Origin: Candidatus Krumholzibacteriia bacterium
Lineage (GTDB): Bacteria; Krumholzibacteriota; Krumholzibacteriia; LZORAL124-64-63
DNA length: 15,797 nt
Reading direction: 5' to 3'
Assembly (NCBI GenBank): GCA_036351155.1
Contig: JAZBOO010000010.1
Span: 1 to 15,797 of the forward strand
The first letter of the stretch is position 1. Every line of letters starts with the position of its first letter. Shown piece after piece: positions 1-7,129 of the stretch. The notes under the pieces are model-generated. The model was not told the DNA's origin. It saw nothing but the letters and a program-made list of their open reading frames with translations, and searched no databases. Both the position numbers and the translations under genes were made by a program.

Positions 1-313
1 CTGGCCTGAGAAGCGCGAGACCGATCTGTTGCTGTACTTCACCCAGCTGGTGGACATCACCGAGGAGATCAAGGTGCCAGGCGGACTGGATCTGGTCAGC
101 GCACACGAGCCGGTGATCATCGACGAGACTTACGCCGGTTTTGACGCTCATCTGGCCAAGAAGGGACAGCTGGAAAGCCGGGTTCTGGCCAAGGTGAACC
201 GGCGTCAGATTCCCCCTGACGGTTACCCTGAATTTCGTCAGGCCATGACCGCCGCGCGCGACTGGGCTGATGCTGTGATCCGTCTGGAAAATCCGAAAAA
301 GGAGGGCAAGTGA
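1..313 (+). CDS. C-terminal fragment of a probable DUF3857/transglutaminase-family protein (5' end outside the window)
   Basis: Frame 2 is open from the window edge (WPEKRETDLLLYFTQ...) to TGA at 311-313. The tail (EEIKVP...RRQIPPDGYPEFRQAM) resembles the C-terminal domain of DUF3857 proteins and the tail of the next gene (NIAPRNWPALRALL). It overlaps the next gene by TGATG. Confidence 0.65.
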   Translation, partial: WPEKRETDLLLYFTQLVDITEEIKVPGGLDLVSAHEPVIIDETYAGFDAHLAKKGQLESRVLAKVNRRQIPPDGYPEFRQAMTAARDWADAVIRLENPKKEGK

Positions 314-2211
314 TGAAACGCATCCTGATTTTTGCCATCGCCCTCGTCATGATCCCGGCCGGTTTGCTGGCCGCGGGCATGGGGCAGTCGGCCGGCCACG
401 ACCTGGACGCCCTCTGGGCCAGGGCCCAGTCCACTTACAACCTGGACCAGGAAGACGCCGTGATTCTGCTGGATAGCCGTCAGGTGTCAGTGGGGAACGA
501 CCAGACCCTGCACACACGGGTGCACCGGGTGGTATGGATTGGCACCGCGGTGGGCATTCGCACCTACGCCGACCTGCGCCTGCCCTGGAACACCACCACC
601 ACCGAGCTGAAGGTCGAAACCCTGCGCACCTGGCGCGAAGGCCGCTGGTGGCCCGACGAGAGTGAGCTCAGCGATACGGCCATCGTCCACACCCTGCCGC
701 ATGCGTTGGACAAGGCGGACGACTACACCACCATGCGCGAAACCATGCTGCTGCACGATGGCGTGGAGCTGGGCTGCATCATGGAAAAGGCCTACACCTT
801 CACCACCCGCGAGGTCCCGGGGCATGGTGAAATCCACGTGTTTGCCCAGGCCGATCCGGTGGTCCATGCCGAGCTGCGGGTCATGACCTCGAGTCCCGCT
901 CCGGTTCAGCACGCGGCCTTGAATGGCGTGCCCGAGCCGCAGGACATCAACCCCACCAAGGGTTCGGGCCTGCTGTGGGTCATGGAGAATGTGCCGGCGC
1001 TGGGCCTGCCTCACACCGGTGAACCCCAGGTCTACGAACCTGCGGTGGTGTGGACCACCTGGCGGCACTGGAAGGAACTGGGGACCCACTGGGTTGCGAC
1101 GTTCCGGGCGGCCATGACCCTGGGTGATGAGCAGAAGGCCGGGCTACAGGCCAAGCTGAATCCGGCCATGAGCGACCGTCAGAAGGTGGAAGCGGTGGGC
1201 GAATATCTGAACACCATGGTCCGCCGCGTGTCCTACGACGACAGCCACTGGACGTTTGCTCCTCGGCCGGCCAGCCGCACCCTGGCCACGGCCTACGGTC
1301 ACGACCTGGATCGTGCCGTGCTGGCGGCGGCCTTGCTCGAGGCGGCGGGATTCACGGCCGAACCCATCCTGGTGAGCGAGGGGACCACCCTGTTGGCCGA
1401 GACCTTTGGCCGCCTGGACGACATGAACAGGGTGATGATCCGGATTCCCGAGATCAACGATGGGCTGCTGGATCCGACCACCGGCGCGCGCGCGGCCTAT
1501 GACGCGTTCTATGGTCATCCCTTCTGGTACCTGGCCGCTCCCGGTGGGGCGCGTCCTCATGACGGGGACCTGAAGCACAGCGACAAGAGTTTGACTTTCT
1601 CGGTCACCCTGTCCCGGAATGATGAGGGTGCCTGGAACGGCTCCGGCCAGTTCCAGGGCACTTCCCTGTTCAGCAACTACAGCGGATTCGTGACCGATGA
1701 AGATGTGCGCGCCGGCCATACCGCCACCCTGGTGGGCGCCGTTTTGCCGGGGGCCGAGCCGAGCCAGGTGACCCTGACCTCGTTGCTGCAGGAACGGGTG
1801 GCCGGGCATTTCCAGGTGAAGGACTATTCGCCGGAGGCCGACGCACTGAAGCGCTCACGCCTGCAGCTGGGGGACCCCGGTGATGGTGTCCTGGGCCGCT
1901 TGCCTGGCGATGTGCACCTGTACGAAGCTGCGCGCCAGACCCCGGTTCTGGGCGTGGGGGACTGGGCCCAGACCATGATCTTGCGCTGCGAGGTGGCCGA
2001 GGAAGACATCTTGCACCGGCCCCGGCCTGTGACCATCGAAAATGCCGCCGGCTGGTTCCAGCTGGAGGTCGACTACCGCGATGGCGCCTTGACGGTGAGC
2101 CGCAAGATCAAGCTGGCCCCCGGGAACATTGCGCCCCGCAACTGGCCCGCCTTGCGCGCCCTGTTGCTGGCAGAATCCGATCCGGCCCACGGGCTGATAA
2201 TTTTCAAGTAG
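313..2211 (+). CDS. Exported DUF3857 + transglutaminase-like domain protein, probably catalytically inactive
   Basis: ATG at 313 in a TGATG overlap, with SD AGGAGG at 300-305. Signal peptide MKRILIFAIALVMIPAGLLAA. DUF3857-like N-terminus (EDAVILLD...HTRVHRVVWI). Transglutaminase-like core PRPASRTLATAYGHDLDRAVLAAALLEAAG...LLDPT. Confidence 0.8.
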   Translation: MKRILIFAIALVMIPAGLLAAGMGQSAGHDLDALWARAQSTYNLDQEDAVILLDSRQVSVGNDQTLHTRVHRVVWIGTAVGIRTYADLRLPWNTTTTELKVETLRTWREGRWWPDESELSDTAIVHTLPHALDKADDYTTMRETMLLHDGVELGCIMEKAYTFTTREVPGHGEIHVFAQADPVVHAELRVMTSSPAPVQHAALNGVPEPQDINPTKGSGLLWVMENVPALGLPHTGEPQVYEPAVVWTTWRHWKELGTHWVATFRAAMTLGDEQKAGLQAKLNPAMSDRQKVEAVGEYLNTMVRRVSYDDSHWTFAPRPASRTLATAYGHDLDRAVLAAALLEAAGFTAEPILVSEGTTLLAETFGRLDDMNRVMIRIPEINDGLLDPTTGARAAYDAFYGHPFWYLAAPGGARPHDGDLKHSDKSLTFSVTLSRNDEGAWNGSGQFQGTSLFSNYSGFVTDEDVRAGHTATLVGAVLPGAEPSQVTLTSLLQERVAGHFQVKDYSPEADALKRSRLQLGDPGDGVLGRLPGDVHLYEAARQTPVLGVGDWAQTMILRCEVAEEDILHRPRPVTIENAAGWFQLEVDYRDGALTVSRKIKLAPGNIAPRNWPALRALLLAESDPAHGLIIFK

Positions 2212-2238
2212 GTGACCTGAATCTTCAAGGAGACGAAC

Positions 2239-4176
2239 ATGTTGAATCGCAAATCCCTGACACTGATGGCCGCTCTGGCCGCACTGCTGCTGGCCCTGCT
2301 GGTGGGTGGTTGTTCCAGCCATGGCAAGGCCCCCACCGATGCGCCGCCCCCACCGCCGCCCGTGCCTGCTGCCCCGGTGGACAAGGTGCCTGTGGACAGC
2401 CTGGACGACCTGCCGGTTCACAGCTACGAGCTCACGGGCACGGTCATGGAACTGCTGGATGATCCGGCCGCCATGGCCGCCCTGCGGGCCCAGGTGCGCC
2501 AGGACGTGGAGTCGGATCTGGCCACCTACGCCATCACCGACGAGGCCACACTGCAGGGAATGTACGGCCGTCTGGTCACCTTGAATCTGGTGGAGGGGCG
2601 CGACCAGGAGGCCGTCAATTACCTGGACAAGATCAAGGCCCTGGAAGACAAGGAAGCGGCCCGCCTGATGAATGGGCTGACCACCCGCTCCATGATCGAG
2701 GCCAAGGGTATGTCCGGTGCCCAGCCCGGGGATCCGGAATTCATGGCGGCGTACCGCCTGGCACTGACCGAGCGGGTGAACGCCCTGCCCTGGGATGTGG
2801 TGCAGGACAACATCAAGAGCGGCAAGGGCCGCGCCGAGTACATGAACGAGAACCTGCTGCTGGGTGTGGTTCAGGCCCAGCTGGAGCCCGCGGCCAGTGC
2901 CATGGGTTCGCTGAGCAGTGACCTGGCCGGATCGGTCATCGGCATCCGCTACGCCCTGGACACGGCGCTGCAGCTGAATCCGGTGGTGGCCGAGGTCTAC
3001 GGCGAGTACATCGCGGCCAACAACAAGGAAAAGGTGAACATCTGGGCCGAGCGCGACCTGGTGCTGGACGCGAACCAGAACCTGACACCGGTGGTGGTAG
3101 GGATCTGGGATTCGGGTGTGGACGCGGCCGTGTTCGGTGATGCCATGTTCGTCAATCCCAACGAATCGTTCAACGGTGAGGACGACGACGGTAACGGCTT
3201 CATCGATGACATCAACGGCATTGCCTTTGATCTGAACGGCATTCCCAGCACCGAGATGCTGCACCCGCTGGGCGATCAGGAAGGCAAGCTGGACGAGATG
3301 TTCGAGTCCATGCAGGGTTTCCAGGACATGACCTCGGCCATCGACAGTCCCGAAGCCTCGGCCACCCGTGCCAAGCTGGGGCAGATGGCCCCCGAGAAGA
3401 TGGGCGACTTCCTGACCACCCTGAGCTTCGGCGGCCTGTACAGCCACGGCACCCACGTGGCGGGTATTGCGGCGGCGGGCAACCCGTTTGCCCGGTTGCT
3501 GATCGCCCGGATCACCTTCGACTACCACAACATACCTCAGGCCATGACCGTCGAGACCGCCAAGCGCCTGGCCCGCGATTACATGAACACCACGGCCTAC
3601 TTCCAGGCCCACGGCGTGCGGGTGGTGAACATGAGCTGGGGCTGGAGCTTCAAGGAGATCGAAGGCGGCCTGGAGGCCAACGGGATCGGGGCCACCGCCG
3701 AAGAGCGGGCGGCCATGGCCCGGGAAATGATCGGGATCCTGAGCGACGGCTTGCGTGCCGCGATCGCCACCACGCCGGATATTCTCTACGTGTCGGCAGC
3801 CGGCAACGACGACAACGATGTCGAGTTCGACGTGGTCATTCCCTCGAACTTCGACCTGCCCAACCTGATGGTGGTGGGCGCGGTGGATCAGGCGGGCGAT
3901 CCCACCAGCTTCACCAGTGGCGGCCGCAACGTCAAGGTGTACGCCAACGGGTTCCAGGTGGAAAGCTACGTGCCCGGCGGCGGCACCATGAAGATGTCCG
4001 GCACCTCCATGGCTTCGCCCAATGTCTGTAATCTGGCGGGCAAGCTGTTCGCCCTGGACCCCACCCTGAACCCCGACAAGGTGATCAGGATCATCGAGGA
4101 ATCGGCCGACCCGCACCCCGACCACTACGAGATCCTGCGGATGAATCCCAAGGCGGCAGCGGCCATGGTGAAGTAG
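2239..4176 (+). CDS. Subtilisin-family (S8) serine peptidase, lipoprotein
   Basis: SD AAGGAG at 2227-2232. Lipobox LLVGG-C followed by a Pro-rich linker. Catalytic motifs VGIWDSG (Asp), HGTHVAG (His), AAGN (oxyanion Asn) and SGTSMASP (Ser). DDDGNGFIDDING Ca-binding-type loop. Confidence 0.95.
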   Translation: MLNRKSLTLMAALAALLLALLVGGCSSHGKAPTDAPPPPPPVPAAPVDKVPVDSLDDLPVHSYELTGTVMELLDDPAAMAALRAQVRQDVESDLATYAITDEATLQGMYGRLVTLNLVEGRDQEAVNYLDKIKALEDKEAARLMNGLTTRSMIEAKGMSGAQPGDPEFMAAYRLALTERVNALPWDVVQDNIKSGKGRAEYMNENLLLGVVQAQLEPAASAMGSLSSDLAGSVIGIRYALDTALQLNPVVAEVYGEYIAANNKEKVNIWAERDLVLDANQNLTPVVVGIWDSGVDAAVFGDAMFVNPNESFNGEDDDGNGFIDDINGIAFDLNGIPSTEMLHPLGDQEGKLDEMFESMQGFQDMTSAIDSPEASATRAKLGQMAPEKMGDFLTTLSFGGLYSHGTHVAGIAAAGNPFARLLIARITFDYHNIPQAMTVETAKRLARDYMNTTAYFQAHGVRVVNMSWGWSFKEIEGGLEANGIGATAEERAAMAREMIGILSDGLRAAIATTPDILYVSAAGNDDNDVEFDVVIPSNFDLPNLMVVGAVDQAGDPTSFTSGGRNVKVYANGFQVESYVPGGGTMKMSGTSMASPNVCNLAGKLFALDPTLNPDKVIRIIEESADPHPDHYEILRMNPKAAAAMVK

Positions 4177-4192
4177 ATTTTTTCTGAGGAAT

Positions 4193-4232
4193 GGTACACC
4201 AGGAGGGGTCGCGCGACCCCTCCTGGTGTACC
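4193..4232. repeat. Perfect 40-bp palindrome between convergent genes (probable terminator or RNA-stabilising hairpin)
   Basis: GGTACACCAGGAGGGGTCGC|GCGACCCCTCCTGGTGTACC is its own reverse complement and lies between the stops at 4176 (+) and 4246 (-). Confidence 0.85.
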
Positions 4233-4245
4233 GAAGAAAAAGCGG

Positions 4246-6990
4246 TTACTTGATCAACATGAGCTTGCCGTCCACCTGCCGATTCCCCGCATCCAGACGA
4301 TAGAAATACACACCGGCGGCCACCGTGCGCCCCCGGCTGTCTTGCCCGTCCCAGCGAATCTCGTGGCGCCCGGCCGCCAGGTTGTCCTGGACCAATGTCT
4401 TGATCAGGCGACCATCCAGGCCGTAAATCTTCAACGCCACCGGCATATCCGACGGCAAGGCGAACGCGATGCGGGTGCTGGGGTTGAACGGGTTGGGCGC
4501 GGCTCCGAACACCGCGACCTGGGTGGGGATATCCGCAGTCTGGTCCGGCGCCGGAGAAAGGTCATTGCAGGCTTCGGTGGTGTACCAGGGGCTGAAAACC
4601 ACGTCTCCGAAGACGGCGTCGCCGCTGCCTGGGCCCTCACCGCCGGGGCCGTCCACTGCTCCCCACCAGCAATCCTGGGCGATGAGGCTGCCCGCAGGCC
4701 CGGCAATGGCGGGAGCCTGCACTCCGTAGTCGTCATTTCCCACGAAACAGCAGCGCACCAGGGTGGCATCGCCTCCGTTTTCGGCCAGGACGCCCCCGCC
4801 GTTGTTGGCCAGGGTACAGAGGATGAGGGAAGGGTTGGCCCCGGTGTTGTAGGAACGCACAGCCGCACCGGAACTGTTCTCGATGAGGCAATTGCGCAGA
4901 GCGGGGCGACTTCCGTTGGCCGCGATGGCCGGGCTGCCGGCATACCGGATTTCGCAATTCTCCAGCCGGGATGTGGTCAAGGCATGGGGCCCGAATTCGA
5001 TGCGTTGCCACTGGCCTGGGTTGGGCGCGGAAGCGGAGCCGTTGGTGTCACCGGCAAAATCATCATTGGTGGACGTGAACACGGTATCGGTGGCTTGAAG
5101 CCCGCCGGGCAGAGACCCGGTCCCCACCAGGAAACGATGGAACCAGCCCTTGATCACCGTGCCCGCCGGTATGGTCAGAACGGGGGCCGACTCACCTTCC
5201 ACGATGATGTCCGTTCCATTCAGGTAGTAGACCAGGCCATCGGGGAGAGCGGGCATGGTGAAGGATTCCGTGACCTCCGAGTCGAGGATGGAAATACCAT
5301 TCCACTTGTCATCTCCACGCACGGTCAGGTTGTTGTTGAACAGCACCTGGTCCAGGTGGTCGAGGGTGGTCAAGATCGGCAACCCGTTCCCCTGGGTGAT
5401 GGTGTTGCCCGTCTGGTTGGCGCCCAGGCTGGGCGAGTCCACGACCATGAGGTCACTTCTGTTGTCCAGGAAGGTATTCCCGGTCACGAGGGGGTCGCTG
5501 CCATTGACCTCGATGGCCGCCGTGCCGCCTCCTCCGTAACGGAGTGTGCAGCCTGTCACCCGGCTGGAATCGGAGCGTGCGGTGGCGTTGAAGTCGATGC
5601 GCTGCCAGTTGGCGGACGAGGGTGCGGCGCCATTGCCGTTCGTGTCTCCGCTCACATCGTCATAGATGGAGGTGAAAGTCACCGCGCTGGCCATCAAGCC
5701 GCCAGGCTGGGTGGCGTTGCCAATTTCAAAGCGGCTGAAGAATCCCTTGACGATGGTTCCGTCGGGAATTGTCAGGACGGGTCCGTCGGGCCCGGCGACC
5801 CTGATGACCGATCCGTTCATGAAATAGACGAATCCGTGGGGGAGTACCGGCATCGTGAAGCTGGTGGTCACATCCGATTCCAGGATGCCAATGCCGTTCC
5901 AGCGGTCATCACCGCGCGGCACGATGGTGTTGTCGAAGACCAGGTTCTGCAGGTGATCCAGGCTGGTGACCACGGGGAAACCGTTCCCCTGGGTCAGGGT
6001 GTTGCCGGTCTGATTGAGACCGAAGCTGGCTGAGCTCTGAATGAAAAGATCGCCAGCGTTGTCACTGAAGGTATTGCCCTGGACCACCGGATCACTACCC
6101 TGGACTTCGAGGACTCCGGTGCTCACGCCGCCGTAGCGCAAGGTGCAGCCGGTCACCCGAGACGAGTCGCTGCGAGCGGCCGCGTTGAAGTCGATGCGCT
6201 GCCAGTTTCCGGGCGAGGGTGCGGCCGCATTGCCGTTGGTGTCTCCGCCGATGTCATCGTAGATGGAGGTGAATATCACATCGTTGGCCATGAAACCACC
6301 CGGCAGGGTGGCGCTGCCGATTTCGAAACGGCTGAAAAAACTCTTGATGATGGTGCCGTCAGGAATGGTCAGCACCGGGCCGCTGGGGCCGGAAACCGTC
6401 ACCACCGAGGACTCCAGGTAGTAGACGAATCCCGCCGGAAGTGTGGGCATGGTGGTGGACTCGGCGATGGTGCCAGTGGTCACCCGCACCCCATCGAACT
6501 GGCCCGAGGCATGGCCCACCAGCGTCAGCTGGGGCAGAACTCGGGTCAGCAAGTTGGCCGGGATGGAGACCTGTTGCCAGCCGGTTTCTTCGATCACCAG
6601 ATCATTGATCATCGGGGAATCGGCGGTGTCATGGATCACCAGGCCAAGGCGGCCGCCGGTGAGCGTGAACCCATCAAGGCCGACATTGGCGGCCGCTATG
6701 GTCAGGACATCTTCGCCACTTTCGGGGCCGGATATCGTGGTGATGCCGCTGCCGTCGGTGGACTGCAGAGTCAGGGTCTTGTCGACGACAAAATAGTCAA
6801 TGTAGAGGCCGGGTGAGACCACGATGGTGTCGCCGGTCTGGGCGGCATCCACCGCCGCGGAAATGGTCAAGTGGTCGGCACCGCCGGAGGCGTTCACGGT
6901 GATGGTGGCGGCCTGGACGGGGGTGAAGAGGCCGGCGGTAATCAGCAGCAGGCCCACCGCCATGGAAATGGCGAGATGTCGGTGGCTCAT
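4246..6990 (-). CDS. Secreted right-handed parallel beta-helix repeat protein with C-terminal FlgD-Ig / T9SS-like sorting domain
   Basis: Signal peptide ending in VQA. N-terminal pectin-lyase-fold cap motif (TISAAVDAAQTGDTIVVSPGLY). Repeated FTS..DD..GDTNG...WQRI.F units and a CWWG...GP motif. C-terminus APNPFNPSTRIAFALP...KIYGLDGRLIKTLV...WDGQD..GR.VAAGVYFYRL...KLMLIK. SD-like GAGGGAG upstream of the ATG. Confidence 0.85.
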   Translation of the reverse strand: MSHRHLAISMAVGLLLITAGLFTPVQAATITVNASGGADHLTISAAVDAAQTGDTIVVSPGLYIDYFVVDKTLTLQSTDGSGITTISGPESGEDVLTIAAANVGLDGFTLTGGRLGLVIHDTADSPMINDLVIEETGWQQVSIPANLLTRVLPQLTLVGHASGQFDGVRVTTGTIAESTTMPTLPAGFVYYLESSVVTVSGPSGPVLTIPDGTIIKSFFSRFEIGSATLPGGFMANDVIFTSIYDDIGGDTNGNAAAPSPGNWQRIDFNAAARSDSSRVTGCTLRYGGVSTGVLEVQGSDPVVQGNTFSDNAGDLFIQSSASFGLNQTGNTLTQGNGFPVVTSLDHLQNLVFDNTIVPRGDDRWNGIGILESDVTTSFTMPVLPHGFVYFMNGSVIRVAGPDGPVLTIPDGTIVKGFFSRFEIGNATQPGGLMASAVTFTSIYDDVSGDTNGNGAAPSSANWQRIDFNATARSDSSRVTGCTLRYGGGGTAAIEVNGSDPLVTGNTFLDNRSDLMVVDSPSLGANQTGNTITQGNGLPILTTLDHLDQVLFNNNLTVRGDDKWNGISILDSEVTESFTMPALPDGLVYYLNGTDIIVEGESAPVLTIPAGTVIKGWFHRFLVGTGSLPGGLQATDTVFTSTNDDFAGDTNGSASAPNPGQWQRIEFGPHALTTSRLENCEIRYAGSPAIAANGSRPALRNCLIENSSGAAVRSYNTGANPSLILCTLANNGGGVLAENGGDATLVRCCFVGNDDYGVQAPAIAGPAGSLIAQDCWWGAVDGPGGEGPGSGDAVFGDVVFSPWYTTEACNDLSPAPDQTADIPTQVAVFGAAPNPFNPSTRIAFALPSDMPVALKIYGLDGRLIKTLVQDNLAAGRHEIRWDGQDSRGRTVAAGVYFYRLDAGNRQVDGKLMLIK
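4930..6500 (-). repeat. Intragenic tandem repeat, period 597 bp (199 aa), about 2.6 copies
   Basis: The WQRI(D/E)F motif recurs at + coordinates ~4993, ~5590 and ~6187, exactly 597 bp apart. An identical 26-mer GCGTTGAAGTCGATGCGCTGCCAGTT lies at 5585-5610 and 6182-6207. Repeat boundaries are approximate. Confidence 0.9.
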
Positions 6991-7040
6991 GGTTCTCCCT
7001 CTTTGCGTCAGTATCCCTCAGGGTGTTTTGATGGCTGGAA

Positions 7041-7068
7041 AGAATACCATATTTATCCTGTTTGCGAA
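7041..7068 (-). promoter_or_regulatory. Putative sigma70 extended -10 promoter for the beta-helix gene
   Basis: The minus strand reads TTCGCA-16 nt-TATTCT with a TG extension (TGGTATTCT), in an AT-rich intergenic patch about 50 nt upstream of the ATG. Confidence 0.4.
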
Positions 7069-7129
7069 ACCCTGGGGAATGCAAAAAACGCGTGAGGCGA
7101 CCCCTGGGACCCCGGACGCCGCCGGAAAA

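Noticed and set aside
2341..2376. C-rich low-complexity run
   Set aside because: It simply encodes the Pro-rich linker after the lipoprotein Cys.
1855..4125. 756-aa antisense ORF, and similar long antisense ORFs at 4342-6033, 7829-9136, 10690-12846 and 13658-15295
   Set aside because: Shadow ORFs opposite well-supported genes. High GC3 codon bias depletes stop codons on the antisense strand, and they show no recognisable motifs.
7061..7129. Possible terminator downstream of yyaL
   Set aside because: There is a T-tract on the minus strand (7083-7088), but only weak, imperfect stems precede it; not enough support.
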